In this document: piece after piece, positions 13,151 to 30,070 of the stretch
Position numbering within the stretch: position 1 is the stretch's first letter
Layout of the letters: every line of letters starts with the position of its first letter
Assembly: GCA_964016885.1 (NCBI GenBank)
Contig: OZ024741.1
Location: 227,540,001-227,604,000 of the forward strand
Direction: 5' to 3'
From: Eledone cirrhosa
Taxonomy: Eukaryota
Length of the DNA stretch: 64,000 nt
Notes under the pieces: model-generated
Database searches by the model: none
What the model saw: only the letters and a program-made list of their open reading frames with translations
Told to the model about the DNA's origin: nothing
Position numbers and translations under genes: made by a program

Positions 13151-13318
13151 AGTAGTGTACACATTTTACTTAGACTAGATAAAGGGAAAAGAGCCATCTA
13201 AATTAAGTACAGTTATATATATATATAATATGTGTGTATATATATATATATTGTTTCTTATATATGCACAAGGCCATCAATTTTTTGGGGAAGGGGAATA
13301 TCGATATATATATATATT

Positions 13319-13360
<42 letters not shown>

Positions 13361-13388
13361 CATACACACATATATATCTATATCTATC

Positions 13389-13508
<120 letters not shown>

Positions 13509-13512
13509 AATT

Positions 13513-13858
13513 CAAATTAAGATTAAAATCAAAATTAAAATTAAATTTAAAATTAAAAGCATAGGGTGGAATACATGCGACAGATAATAGTATTATCTGT
13601 CGCATGTATTCCACCCTATGCTTTTAATTTTAAATTTAATTTTAATTTTGATTTTAATCTTAATTTTAATTATTTTAAAATTATAGTATAATATAATATA
13701 TGTCGCATCCATTCCACACTGTAAACATTCTTCAGTTGAATAGGAGGTTAACTGCGTGTACAAACATTAATAATGCTCCGAAGACTCCAAGCCTAGGTTT
13801 GGAAGAAACAATTGTCAGCGATTAAATGTTTTAAACATAACTTTGATTCTTGTGTATT

Positions 13859-13860
<2 letters not shown>
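13513..13860 (+). repeat. Foldback pLTR module with HHR variant at 13774-13820
   Basis: Near-perfect palindrome 13513-13664 centred at about 13589; TGCT-CCGAAGA-CTCCAAGCCTAGGTTTGGAA-GAAA-CAATTG-TC-AGCG; homologous to the 34862-36036 arms. Confidence 0.75.
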
Positions 13861-13911
<51 letters not shown>

Positions 13912-13914
<3 letters not shown>

Positions 13915-14517
13915 TGGCTGCCAACTCGTTTTCGAGTACGGCCACTACTTTATATTCATGTAGGAGAACCCCTACCGATGCGCTGAACGAGTGTGACTTT
14001 TTAGTCCAGCCAGCGACTTGAAAACTCTGGTACAAACACTACACTTGTGACAATTATTGACACATAGTGCTTTGCCTTTGGTACCATGTGACGACAAGTG
14101 CAGAGAGATCTCCAGATATAAAGCAATGCCTGTGCTGTGAAGCTTTTATAGTGAGCAAAGGCACTGCACAAAGCCAGTCCCACTCTCTTAACCAAGATGA
14201 TATTTACCAAAAAGAAGAACAAGTCAACATCATTGGATACCATCAGGGTTGCAGGTGTTATATCAGAGTTTTCCTTCTCCTAGAATTCTGCCTTGACAAA
14301 GGCTAAGGGGTCATCTCTCCCAGTGATTTTGGATGGCCATTGACTCTTAAGAGCTCCTTTGCCCTTTGACAGGTTTTGTTTTTAGTCCTGCAGGATGTCC
14401 AAAGTCACCCTCCTCACCAAGAAACCTTGGTGGGGTTGCCAGTTTAGTCGCCAACGACCCGACCATGAGACAGGTTGTACTGGGATACATGTTACCAGTA
14501 GCACCAAGTGGTGACCT

Positions 14518-14521
<4 letters not shown>
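13912..14521 (-). mobile_element. About 610-bp non-autonomous RTE-derived element, copy 1
   Basis: Near-identical to 24396-24996; reverse strand carries RTE 5'UTR-like TAGCCTT...AAGGCAG...CTAGGAGAAGGAAAACTCTG and GAGAGTGGGACT motifs; flanked by (TA)n; no ORF. Confidence 0.7.
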
Positions 14522-14573
<52 letters not shown>

Positions 14574-14577
14574 CATA

Positions 14578-14850
<273 letters not shown>

Positions 14851-14862
14851 GTATATGTATAT

Positions 14863-14901
<39 letters not shown>

Positions 14902-14908
<7 letters not shown>

Positions 14909-15212
14909 TATTTTGCAATACACTGTATGCTTAATTAAAAGCATTTCGAAGTCCTTACGCTATTGTTTTAGAGTAGTCACAGTCTCACTTACTTTAATTT
15001 TCAGCAAACAGGAGAGATAAAGCTGATAGAGCTCTGTTTCGCACTTTTTGGTGCTTATCAAAGCTAACTACTCCACCTGTTTGCTGAAAATCATGAATGT
15101 TTGATTCTTATAGAATTCTAGTAATAATCAGGAACTGATTATACAGAGCGGTTTCCGGTCAAGCAGAAATGCTTTTACTTAAGCATACAGTGTATTGTAA
15201 AATACACTATAT
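14902..15212 (-). repeat. Foldback module with terminal inverted repeats and a U3-A8 hammerhead (15021-15065, minus)
   Basis: Arms about 14902-14946 and 15166-15212; reverse strand AGCT-TTGATAA-GCAC CAAAAA GTGC-GAAA-CAGAGCTCTA-TC-AGCT; homologous to 63190-63390. Confidence 0.75.
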
Positions 15213-15561
15213 ATACATTCATATATATATCGCTATTCCAGAGCACCAATTCTAATTTTCAATTTCTGCTTGACGTTTGATGCAATGATTACTTTTTGTA
15301 ATATGATACTAATACACGATGTAGTGAATAACTAACAGAATTATATGCCTAATCACGTCATTATTCTCAGCATTCAAATTGTATGTTAAACAGATAGCAA
15401 TTTGAACCATATTCTTTCTATAAAACGAGATATTTTTCGATCTCCTGTCATAGACGACACAGTAACAGCATAACTCCAAGTTTTGAAAGTGTACATGGTG
15501 TTACGTAATTGAGCCTGATTATTAGCGAAACATGCGTAACAGAATGAACATATATGAAACT

Positions 15562-15605
<44 letters not shown>

Positions 15606-16565
15606 TCTCTCTCTTTCTTTTCCTCTCTCTCCCTCCCTCTCTCTTCTAGTTAAATATATATATATATTTATATGTTTTTATTTATTTGAACGGGAGTTTA
15701 AGTACTTAAAACATTCAAACATTAACTGAACAAGAATGCGTGTAGGTAGTGTGTAAATTATATTTATGTGTGTGTGCATGTGTTTATGACGCATTCACAT
15801 TCTATGACAGGGAAAACCAGAAATTAGGGTAGTACCCGTTATATGTTCAGATGTTGAGTAGATATAGAAATACGATAGAATCCCAACAGAGAACTCTCCT
15901 GGATTTATGGCCCGGTGATAACGTTGGCACTGGTGAATACGTCACAACTCGTGATATCCCAGATGAGTGACTTATCTTCCTGAAACAGAAAAAAAAGTTA
16001 TTCGTTAGTGTGCCTACAAACGACGCTGTAGAAGTAACAGACATTAGTTGTGACGAGAAGCTGGAATTAGTTTATTCAAAGTGATTATGAGTATTGACGT
16101 ATGATTCCAGAGAGTTTGGATGTCATTCACTGTAGATCAAGTGAACACATAGGGATAACATCATTAGCTCACATATTTGAATGCTGCTGTTGTTGTTTAT
16201 TCCCAAGTCAGCTCTAACAGATTATAGACATTGCAACCACGACCATCCCGTGATTTTTCAGAAAATACATTTAGAACGACATCAATAAACGTGCTCTTGT
16301 GATTTGGAGAGAATTTGTCTGCTATTTCTAGCACATAATTCAAAGTATTTTTGCTATTCTCTTGATACGCTAAACCAACACTTATGTTTGTAAAATAGAC
16401 AAAAACCTAGAAATTATGGGCCAGAATAGTGTAGTAGGTGAATTTGAATCTGGTATGGTTAAACACAGTAGGATTTTAACTTGTAACGTAGTAGAATAAA
16501 GTTAAAAAATAAGGCATTTTATCTGCCGCTCTACTGATTTTAAAATGATTCAGAAATGATAACAG

Positions 16566-16722
16566 TGTTTTATAATTTTGGCACAAGCCCTGCAATTTTG
16601 GTGAGAAGGAATAATTAATTATATCGACCACAGTACTTGAAAAGTACTACTAAGCATTTTTCCACTTGACAGGTACTTCATTTTATCGATCATGGAAGGG
16701 TGAAAGGCAAAGTTGACCGCGA
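16566..16722 (-). mobile_element. Degenerate SINE
   Basis: TTTTGGCACAAG...GGTACTTCATTTTATCGA...GGGTGAAAGGCAAAGTTGACC. Confidence 0.65.
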
Positions 16723-16789
16723 CAAGTATTTCTCCAATGCCCTAACGACTCTTTACCCTCTTGAAATATACATTACATCGCTAATAATA

Positions 16790-17030
16790 ATTTCACATGT
16801 GGTATACCGTATTGAATGCGATAAATGCAAAGAGTTCTACATTCGTAGTACAACTCGACTACTCAACACCTGCATTAAAGAACACCTCAACACACATACA
16901 TCCTCATTAAAAAATCACAATGTCAAATGCAAAAACATCAACAAAATCATAACAGTCAACCAGAGAGAGAAACTTGATAATATAAGAAGCACTACTTACA
17001 CATTTACTCAACCCACAAATTAACAACAAA
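16790..17030 (+). pseudogene. PLE GIY-YIG endonuclease fragment (Penelope/Poseidon-like)
   Basis: HVVYRIECDKCKEFYIRSTTRLLNTCIKEH matches the VVY..C..C...YIG.T.R.L..RI.EH pattern. Confidence 0.7.
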
Positions 17031-18114
17031 TTGGAACTCAGCGCACAATACTTGATAGAAAAGGACACGCCTCTTGCACATACATGCAGCCTAAACACAA
17101 CAATTAACACAAGAAATTTGCTTCAATCAGATTATACATATCGCAATTAACGCCAAACTCCGGCTTCTTGCGGATACTATAGCAAACGTCAACACACAAC
17201 GCCTGAATGCGGTTTCTAAATTTCAAATTTAAATTACATTTCAAAGCAGAGTTCCCCATACTTCGAGGAAGGGATTTTTAACTCACGAAATATTAGAACG
17301 AAAATAAAAAAAAATGATGATAATAAATACCGGAAAACACAAACTTTTTTTGTTGCCTTCTTTTTACCATCTATTTTGCATTGTCTTAGCCTTCTTAAAC
17401 ATTTAACATTTCATTTTTTACATTATATTTGTATATGTATTAATACATATACATATGTACCTATATAAGTATACACCACACACACACATATACACACACA
17501 CATACATACGCACACACACCGATCTTCGGACCAACTTAACACTCACACACACAAACATCCCCCTACAGAAAAATACATATTCACATACATGAACATCTTC
17601 ACATCCACACATAGCAACAAACATACACACACACACCAATATACTTACAAACAATAGTAACTCATAAACACTTTCATACACACACGCAACTTTCACACAC
17701 GTGCATTTTTTCTTTCACTCGCACACAACTAAACTATATTCAACATCACATACACTCATGTTCTGCCCCCTACCAACATACAATAAAACATATACAATCA
17801 TCATCACATACACAAACAAACATACTTACATCTACACATACACACATACATAGAATCTTACATCTATACATCTACACATAGATATATCAGAAAGTGATTG
17901 AAATATATTCATACACAGATAGTGCACATTTATCTGTGTATCAATATACTTGAATCACTTTCTTATAATGATTAAGACTCCATTTTATTCTCTGAATTCC
18001 ATCTTGAGCTGTTTTTAGAGACAAGACATATGTTTGATTTTGTATCATTCATGACACCCTTTACTTTGAAAGTAATAATAATAATAATAACAATAATAAT
18101 AATAATAATAATAA

Positions 18115-19762
18115 TGATTTCATTTATTGGCCACAAGGGCCGACATATAGGGGACAATACAAAAGACTGGGACAGTGGGGTTTTACAGAAAAATCGAGTA
18201 CACAATATGAATAAACAAAGTAACAATAACAAAGTAACACTAAAGTAACAATAAAATTACAACAAGAAAAAATTCCCCAATAGGGGGGAATGACCACCTA
18301 GGGTTCGCTCAGGTACCCCAGCAGTCCTGAACGACCCGACGCTTCGAGAGCACCCTGGAAGGGCACCCCTCTCCTCTTCAAATTTACCTACCTACAGCCG
18401 CATGACCAGAGTAGGCCCACTCATACGGGCCATTCTCGCCACATTCACCCACCTTTCAGCAAATGTACTGGGGGCAGCACTTCTCTCTCCACCCTCACCT
18501 TCCTTTCCAAGTGAAACTAGAAAAAGTTGATGAGGGATTGGCCGAAGACAAAAGTGTCTGTCTTCAGTCCTTTCAACCTGGTCCACCATACAACCTCTTT
18601 CGCTACTGCCACCAGACAGAGGAAAATTGCCTGCCCTTCCTGGCCAAAAGAAGGCGGCGGGTCGATCTTCACTATGGACTCGGCCGATAGCCGGATCCGT
18701 TCTACACGCGACAACAGCTGTTCAACATAACTCCACAAGTCAGTAATGCACGGACACTGGACGAGTGCGTGCAGAACGGATTCGTCGCTCTGCGCGCATC
18801 TCGGACAGGTCCGTCTGACAGCACTTCCGTGCCTGTAGAGTTTATCTCGAACCGGCAGTGCCCCCCGGTAGCACTGCCAAGCGAGGGATTTTTGGAAATT
18901 ATCCATCGTCCCCGGCTCGAAAGTCCTCCGGTACAGACTGGTTAGTTCGACTTCGTTGACTCCCAGAGCCTCTCCGAGTGCGTCGTCGCACTTGCCCACC
19001 ACTAATCCTCTATAGAACTCGAGAGTGGAAGTTCCACTGACCGCATTGCCCGCCTGGTAGAGGGCAGTGAGTGCCTGGCAACATTCGAGATGCCAGTTAC
19101 CCAGTCTCGGTCTCTTCTTGACCCAGGACTGCAACTCAGTCAAAGAAACGAGCTGCGGAAAGGCCCGTCTGACAAACGGCGACAACACCTGTTCACCGTT
19201 TAGGTAGAATATCTGGAGATGCCGCAGCCTCAGCGCGTGCCTGCGCATCATTAGCCATGGCATGCCCAGCCCTCCACGTAGAGGGTGCTGGCAGCAGATG
19301 GACCGCCTCACCAGCGGAACCTGACCCCTCCACAAGAATTTGAAGCCGAGCCGCTCCAAGATGGCGAGGCGCGAACGGGGGCAAGGGACGACAGTCAGAC
19401 GGTAGTACATGACGGACGCGATGTACGCGTTCGCCACCTCCGCCCGACCTTTCAGTGATAACTTCATCCCAGCCCATTTCTGGGTGAGACTGATTACCCT
19501 GCCCGTCACCTCGTCCCACTTCTTATCCACCTGGGCCCGAACCAAACCCCTAGCAACTTTACCGGTCCGTCCGTCCAGCGCCTAACGACGCTGTTGGACG
19601 GCATGGACTTGCCTCTCCAGGGGCCGAGTTGCAAGCCTACTGACTTTTCCGGGTTAAGTTTTGCTCCCATCAACCTTTCATATTCCTCCAATAAGTTGCA
19701 GACCGCCTCGATTTCTGAGGTGTCCGACACCATCACAGTGATGTCGTCCGCATAACCCGACA
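18115..19762 (-). mobile_element. 5'-truncated Tx1/L1-clade LINE (RT end, zf-RVT, 3'UTR, (ATT)n tail)
   Basis: GYADDITV...LNPEKS...VKLLGVWFGP; LSLKGRA; GGLGMP; CPRC...ESVLHALVQC; AATAAA just before the tail. Confidence 0.9.
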
Positions 19763-20086
19763 CTAAACCAATACCAGTGGTTGTAGGCGCTCTGGGAATG
19801 ATACCTAAGGGGTCTAACGACTACTTATCGCAAATCCCAGGAAACCCGCGTATAGGAGAAATACAAAAGATAGTACTAATGGGAACTGCCCATATACTAA
19901 GGAAGATCCTGTCAATATAAGTACATCACAAGTCTAAACACTAAGGATGCATGTGTGAATATGTGTGTTCTTTCTTGAACATGGCGGACCTTGTTGTCTC
20001 TTGAGGTCACTGGTTGTGACTTGGTGATAACTCGTATAAACATAAAGCAAGATAAATGCAAATAATAATAATAATAATAATAATAA
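19762..20086 (+). mobile_element. R4/Dong-clade LINE 3' end with (TAA)n tail
   Basis: 19771-19920 translates IPVVVGALGMIPKGSNDYLSQIPGNPRIGEIQKIVLMGTAHILRKILSI*, the typical Dong C-terminus, followed by a short UTR and (AAT)n. Confidence 0.85.
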
Positions 20087-21386
<1,300 letters not shown>

Positions 21387-21418
21387 ATCTTCTATACACA
21401 ATCATACACACCCGTGTA

Positions 21419-22810
<1,392 letters not shown>

Positions 22811-23264
22811 AAACAAGGACGAATGGTTACTCCTTCATCAGGTTTATTGGTTGGTAATCAATGATTACAGAGTCGGGCTAGATAGATACAGATTGAACCT
22901 TCAGCTGATCAATAGCGAAACACGCGTCACCAACTGTCTAGCTCTACACCCCGATACCGACTTGAATCTAAGCATCGACTGCTCACGCGGGAGAACCTCG
23001 CAACCAAATTTTAACAGTTGACTTCACCCTACCAAAATATTGCATTGTAGATACTGAAGGAGCATGCAAGATCACTTAACAGGGGGCGGGAGGTGGCATC
23101 AGTATTGACAACGTTTTCGAAATTTCCAGAGGTTAAAACAGAAATCAAAAAAGAGAACGTCAAATAGTTAAATGATTGATTTGATAAGTATTTAACTTAG
23201 TAAACTTTTTTGTGATCGCAAGATAATTAACAACAACATCAAAATGAACAACCTTAACACGTCT

Positions 23265-23352
<88 letters not shown>

Positions 23353-23379
23353 CCGATAGTGACGAGAAAAGAAAAAGTA

Positions 23380-23605
23380 CACAACCATAATCAATGTTTT
23401 CATTCAAGTTGACAACTGTTATACACAACCACAAGGATATGGTCCGAACGTGGAAAAGCCGAACTCCCACTGTCATCGTCTCCATTTCTCTTGCCCTCCC
23501 CATCTCTCTGATGAGCAAATGGGGTCCCACGTGCTGGCCTCCCCACAGCCCCGGCGGACAGAATGGAGAATGTGTTTTCCCGGAGGATGGTAAGGAAGAT
23601 ACAAA
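23380..23605 (-). mobile_element. Second CRE-like 3' terminus
   Basis: 23572-23602 closely matches 9005-9035 (CCCGGAGGATGGTAAG; LTILRENTFSI vs LTILRGNAFSI). Confidence 0.5.
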
Positions 23606-23825
23606 CACACATACATCTATACTTAAATATTCATAATTTCTAAGTAACAAAAACGATGCGAGACAGAAACGTTTTTTGCATTTGAAAAGTGTATTTTAAC
23701 ACCAAAATCTTATGTTAAAATATACTGGTTAAACAACATTACTGTGTTTTTTTATATTTATCATCTTTTACCTTTGTATATTTCTATCGCATTGTAGCGG
23801 CTTTCTGAACTCCTTGCCAACCAAT

Positions 23826-23994
<169 letters not shown>

Positions 23995-24395
23995 AGAACA
24001 GATTCCCATGATGATGGACATTATTTTCTTCTAACACGTGTTACAACAAAGTATAAAAATAAAAATGGTGAAAAACTTATTCAAGCTCCATTATTAATGT
24101 ATAGATGTGTCCATATATTATTATTTGAGCATTGACCCGAATATTTGGTATTAAACAGTTATACCACTCAATCTTGTGTCATCAGAGAATTTGTAAAATA
24201 TACAAATAAGCAATGTCAATGAAAACACGTCCTTATATCTCAACAAGTACACGATATCTGAAAAATGACATGCCTCAATAATAGTCATGAAAAACAAGCA
24301 TCATTATGTTTGCCTTAAGTGAATTGCGGAAAAATATAAAAAAAAGTATAAAGAGCTAGATAATACATTAGAGCGAATATATATCTATATATACA

Positions 24396-24996
24396 TGGTG
24401 GCTGCCAACTCGTTTTCGAGTACGGCCACTACTTTATATCCATGTAGGAGAACCCCTACCGATGCGCTGAACGAGTGACGTTTTAGTCCAGCCAGCGACT
24501 TGAAAACTCTGGCACAAACACTACACTTGTGATAATTATTGACACATAGTGCTGGGCCCATGGTACCATGTTACGACAAGTGCAGAGAGATCTCCAGATA
24601 TAAAGCAATGCCTGTGCCGCGAAGCTTTTATAGTGAGCAAAGGCACTACACAAAGCCAGTCCCACTCTCTTAACCAAGATGATATTTACCAAAAATAAGA
24701 ACAAGTCAACATCATTGGATACCATCAGAGTTGCAGGTGTTATATCAGAGTTTTCCTTCTCCTAGTATTCTGCCTTGACAAAGGCTAAGGGTTCATCTCT
24801 CCCGGTGATTTTGGATGACTCTTAAGAGCTCCTTTGCCCTTTGACAGGTTTTGTTTTTAGTCCTGCAGGATATCCAAAGTCACCCACCTCACCAAGAAAC
24901 CTTGGTGGGGTTCCCAGTTTAGTCGCCAACGACCCGACCATGGAATGGGTTGTATTGGGATACATGTTACCAGTAGCACCAACTGGTGACCTAACA
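24396..24996 (-). mobile_element. Non-autonomous RTE-derived element, copy 2
   Basis: Colinear, high-identity copy of 13912-14521. Confidence 0.75.
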
Positions 24997-25007
24997 CACA
25001 TATATAC

Positions 25008-25116
<109 letters not shown>

Positions 25117-25297
25117 CTTCAAGCATAAGCATCACTTGATCTAAACGCCTGAGATTAGCTGAAAATCGTTTTTATTCTTTATCTGCAGTATATGCAGAAA
25201 AAGATATTTCCTTGAAAATGCTAAAATGTCACGTTCGTGCCACTCATGTGTTAGAAAATGATGGTAATACGCGAAATCCGAGTTCTGTTATGCAATC

Positions 25298-25403
<106 letters not shown>

Positions 25404-25432
25404 TATATATACACAGTATATATATATATATA

Positions 25433-25555
25433 TATGAAAGAGTCAGGACCCCGATGGCTGAACCTTTGCCGTTTCAACAGCTAGTTCTAAACTCAGTTTG
25501 GAACTAGCTGTTGAAACGGCAAGAACTCAGCCGCCGGGGTCTTGATTCTTTCATA
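25433..25555. repeat. Foldback of the pLTR family also at 26055, 50590-51882 and 61575
   Basis: Arms 25433-25490 and 25494-25553 (ATGAAAGAGTCAGGACCCCG... / ...CGGGGTCTTGATTCTTTCAT). Confidence 0.75.
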
Positions 25556-25604
25556 TTACCACATTCTACTTCCCCAAGTATCGAGTACTCTCATGAATAA
25601 TGGC

Positions 25605-26020
25605 CTCTTCGTTGCTGTAGTGGAGTCTGTGCTGCTGTAGGGGTCTGACCAAGAAACTCACTCAGATGGTGGATGGGTGCTACACGAGAATGCTGAGGAA
25701 TGGCTCTGAACATTAATCAGTATACACCGAGGATGAAGAACTCAGAGTGTACAGGAGTCTCCCAAAAGTCAGCTCAAAAGTGACACAGAGGAGACAGGCT
25801 AGTTGGACATGCTCACCGACATCCAGAGCTGACACTGCATTCAGTGTTCCTGTGGGAGCCCCTGCACGGACACACTAGAATAGGAAGACTAAGGTTAACG
25901 TATGTTGATGCCCTAAGGACAGACACTGATCTGTTGGAGACGCAGGACATGGCAACGATAATGAGGGACAGAGACCGCTGGAGAGAACTTGCCCATGGAT
26001 CTCGGGAATTTTACCCGCCC
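25605..26020 (+). pseudogene. RTE-clade LINE C-terminal fragment
   Basis: LFVAVVESVLL...MVDGCYTRMLR...LPKVSSKVTQRR...GHAHRHPEL...WEPLHG...GR.RLTYVDALRTDT...MRDRDRW, with frameshifts. Confidence 0.8.
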
Positions 26021-26021
26021 T

Positions 26022-26054
<33 letters not shown>

Positions 26055-26057
<3 letters not shown>

Positions 26058-26200
26058 CGGAGGAGTTGTGATGAGGAACCAGATGGACCATAACGCATCA
26101 GAGTACTCAATAGTAATAGAGTGGGTAATAGGACTTTAGGCCAGAAATAGCCGTCGAAACGCCTTGAGCTCTGCCGTCGGGGTCATACTTTCTCATATAT
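26055..26200. repeat. Rearranged fragment of the 50590/61575 pLTR family
   Basis: TAACG.AGGA.TGTG...GGAACCAG.TGGACCATAACGCA...AGTACTCAATA joined to TAGCCGTCGAAACG. Confidence 0.7.
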
Positions 26201-26414
26201 ATATGAGAGAGAGAGAAGTGAGTGGGTGAGAGAGTGACTGAGAGAGGGAAGGGGATGGTTCAAGAATATACAAGACAAACACAGATGCAAAAACACAAAG
26301 TCTAGCTGATATAATACTTTCTTACGAAAGCATAACTAGAGTTGAAAACCAGTTAATGGTGTTTGTTTTTTTTAAACATTTACAGAGAAATAAGTACATT
26401 TAGCATGCTTACAT

Positions 26415-26460
26415 GCCTTCTGATGAAAGCCCATCTAGGCTTGAAAACCGCTTAAAAGTG
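26415..26460 (+). ncRNA. Hammerhead-like motif (degenerate stem I)
   Basis: CTT-CTGATGA-AAGCC CATCTA GGCTT-GAAA-ACCGCT-TA-AAAG. Confidence 0.6.
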
Positions 26461-27276
26461 TTTATCGTGTTTTCAATAGACAGGGAAGTATGTAGTTTTG
26501 ACATGGTTACATGACTATATACTAAAAAATGAGTAAATTTATATACACATTTATGCAGTTTCGAGTAATTCTTTTCTGTATATATATGTACAGATATAGC
26601 TATATCTTAAACTTCAGCTGTTTAGCGCACTACGTAATAATATATATATATATATAAATATAAATTCAGCGAAACGTAACGCAAATTCCGAGTCATGCTG
26701 GCAAGCGCTCCATGGGCTAAAAAACACCAGAGTAATAAACATAGGTTATAAAGGCCATACAAACTGAGAAGGCGGTCAAGAAGCCATAAACCACCTAAGC
26801 CAAAAAACCAGTCAAGCTAAACAGGTCAGACAAAATAAATATAACCCACTCGATATGCAAATTGGGCTACTCAGCCGTTAATATGCATAAGGTAAGTATA
26901 TACGTTCAACAATCTGGCAGGAAGGTATACGTTGCTAACAATAGCTAATAAGCTTGAAACTAGTACAGCGTTCCTTTGTCAGTGTTGAACAAATGACCAA
27001 CGATGGTTGCTAGACACTACGGCTTAATACGGGATGTTTGTTTACAAACACACCGAGCATTATAATAAATGTTCGGTGAATCCATACGTACACATATATG
27101 TGTGTGCATGTATGTATATATATATATACATACTACTGTACGTCTGTATACATGTATGTATGTACGTGTACATACTTATATTTAAGTAACAGCCGTACTA
27201 AGAGTGGGAAATGAAATTTCGTTTCATTTTTTCCGTTTAAATATATATGTATATGTATGTGTATATATATTTATAA

Positions 27277-27363
<87 letters not shown>

Positions 27364-28072
27364 TATACACATACGTACATTATATTACGTTACATTACAT
27401 ATGCATACACGGATATCTGTTCGTATGTACATGATAAGAAATGGGAGGAGTAAAATGAATAATGGCCTTCGGTTGGCTGATTGACTGGTTGACTGGGTGG
27501 TTTGTTGGACGGTAGGTTGGGTGGTTCGTCGTTCCTAATACTAAGACAGTAAGTTTGTATGGCAACTCGCCAATCATCGTATAGCAAAGAATAAAATATG
27601 AAAATAAACAGAAAAGCCAAAAGAAAGAAAAGGAAAATGAAGAAAGGATAAAATAATGATAAATGTTTGCTTTTTTTTTTGCTTTTTTTAATATCATTTT
27701 TTTTTTTTATCTTGATATGGGTCATAGCGAATGTCGGGCCGGAAGCCAAAGTCGGCCATTTTGTTTCGTTTATATATTGCTTATTTATATTTTTTGTTTT
27801 GCAATGTCTGCGTACCGGGGTATGCGGTGTTCATGTTTAGGGTGGTCTCCGCAGTATTGTTGTAATTGTTGTGGTAATGGTTGTGTTTTTTTTTTGTTAT
27901 TTACGTTGTTGTTGTTATTATTATTGTATATTTGTTGTGCTGTTGTGGTTAATGTTGCTGGTATGTTGTGATAATATTGAGAACTTGTGATTGGTTCTAG
28001 GTGGAGGAGGGTATACGTTAGCGACAACAAATAGCAGCGTCATTGCTATTGCTGTTATTGTTGTTGCTGCTG

Positions 28073-28073
28073 C

Positions 28074-28140
<67 letters not shown>
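28073..28140. repeat. (TAG)n microsatellite, one of dozens of (TA)n, (CA)n, (TATC)n, (CAA)n, (TAA)n and (CCA)n tracts
   Basis: Directly visible perfect tandem repeat; others include (CA)n 9695-9775, (TA)n 14718-14838, (TATC)n 21418-21508, (CAA)n 23290-23352, (TG)n 57897-58025. Confidence 0.95.
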
Positions 28141-28319
28141 TTGCTCTTCTGCTGTGGTGGTGGCTGAGGTGTTGCTGTTGGTGGTGGGGGTAGAGGTGGT
28201 GGTAGTGGTGGTGGTGTTGGCTGTGGTGGCTTTGCTGGTAGTTGTTGTCATCGAAGACAGTGAATAGCAATGGTGGTACTGATGTTGCGGCTGCTGCAGA
28301 GATATTAAGAGTGTTGAAT

Positions 28320-28730
28320 AATAATGGTTTCTGACTTAGGCACAAGGCCAACAATTTGAAACGGCGATGAAATCGATCTCAATGCATTACTGGTACTTTA
28401 TTTTATCGACCCCGTACGGGTAAAAGGCAGGCTTGGTGAGATTTGAACTCAGAATATTAAGGAGCGCAACAAAATATTGCAAATCATTTTATCCGACGCC
28501 CTAAAGATTCTGCCACCTTGATTCCTTTTATATTTTACAAGTACATCGAATGAACGGGAGGTTACAAAGACAAGTTACATAAATAGTAATAATTTAGATA
28601 TAAGGCCAGGCAGTTTAGATAGAGGGGAAAGTCGATTGAATCACCCCCAGTACTTGACTGATACTTAAATTTATCAACTTCAGCAAGATGACTCGTAAAG
28701 TCGATTCCAGCTGGATTTGAATTCCGGATA
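28320..28730 (-). mobile_element. Two degenerate SINE copies (about 28320-28520 and 28600-28730)
   Basis: GGCACAAGGCCA...CTGGTACTTTATTTTATCGACCCCG...ATTTGAACTCAG; the second copy has CCCCAGTACTTGACTGATACTT...GGATTTGAA. Confidence 0.65.
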
Positions 28731-29749
28731 TAGATATAGTCAAAAGACATATACTGGTCTGCCATCCAATGCTCTTTAAATTGAACTGAATCATATTTTG
28801 TCTATTCCATATTCGACGGAACGCATGAAGGAGATAAGTTACATTGCAGGTGAGAAATGTCAACTATTTCAAGGAGACTGATATGGGAGAAAATACAAAT
28901 GAAATGAAGTTGCATTTACTACATCAGTGAGTGATTTTGAAGTGGTGCACTTGTGACTCCCATAGATTACATAACTCGCTCTTAATCCTTGTTTATTATA
29001 TTCGTGTTTTTCTTTGTGATTTCGCTTTCTATATAACCCTTATATCCATCTTATTTCAATTAACTGTTTGAAATGTCCCAGTGATCGACCTGCATATCTC
29101 ATGAGGAATACAGAAGCATCATTTATATAATTACTTACTTGGTGGAATAACGATATTGAGAATGGCTCCTTTCGTGGTCTTTGTGACTATTTATCATTTG
29201 ACTGGAAACCTAGCCCGAACGCTTGACACTCTAAAAAAAGTGTATTATATCAAAATCTTGTAAGTGGAATTTTGTGGAAATAAACTGTGTGGGAAATCGA
29301 AAGAGGGGATGTTTTCGTTCTTTGTTTGGTTGACTAAAGCTATCACCCGCTTTAATTCTGCCTGCTAGCCCTTGACTAATTTTAGCTAAGTCCACATCAG
29401 TTGCAAGCATTCAGGCGTTGCTACTGACCTGAGGAAAACTTTCTTATGAATTTTGAGTGCCCTGAAATTAGGCAATGGTGCTTTCATTCTTCCTTTGTCT
29501 AATTGATTAAAAAAAGAGAAGTTTCTAACGTTTTGATCTTCGATCGTCATCAGTTTTCTTCATATTACCAGAAAAAACAGAATTAGAAATAATCATCTCT
29601 AAATCGAAGATGTTCCATCTCAAATCCAATCTGAGAATAACTCATCACCATTAAAAGCAGTCTGCTTTTAGTTGACAATGACTCTGTTAGAAATGTGACG
29701 ATTCGTAGTATCAGATGTGAACTGATCTTTTCAACTGGTTCACCTTTGT

Positions 29750-30070
29750 CAACTCCAGCACAGTCGGTTTCTCAGGCTTCCGAATGTAGAGCTGGCCATG
29801 TTTATCCTGCGATCTGCTTTGAGACTGAGCCATCAATTATTGCAGATTTTGCTGACCAAATATAAGTGGCTTGCTCCTACCAGCTCCTGCACTTCGATAA
29901 CGATATGTCCATGTTGTGCCATGTGGCTCAAGTCAGGCCTTAGCAAATATTGAACTTTTGATTGCATCGTCTACAACATTCAATAGGTTCTAAATGTCCT
30001 CTACACTATCAACAACAAGGCAAGTACATCAACACTTTTCTCTTACTGTCATACATGGTGTCTTGACACC
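29750..30070 (-). pseudogene. Old RTE-type RT remnant
   Basis: Degenerate DVLAL..VDSVEDI.NLLN and HIVIEVQELV...LYLVSKI...DRRINMASSTFGSLRNRL resemble RTE RT (F.YLGS...RI.KAS..FG.L..R.W). Confidence 0.5.

Noticed and set aside
14902-15212. Interpretation as a Tc1/mariner MITE (TIRs plus TA flanks)
   Set aside because: The homologue at 63190-63390 has only one end and carries an HHR, which fits a PLE pLTR with an inverted partial copy better
22900-22940. CTGATCAATAGCGAAACACGCGTC hammerhead-like string
   Set aside because: Core position 8 and stems I and II do not fit; at best a decayed remnant
28740-29520. Faint Gypsy-like or exon-like coding signal
   Set aside because: Too degenerate; no catalytic motif or LTR could be confirmed
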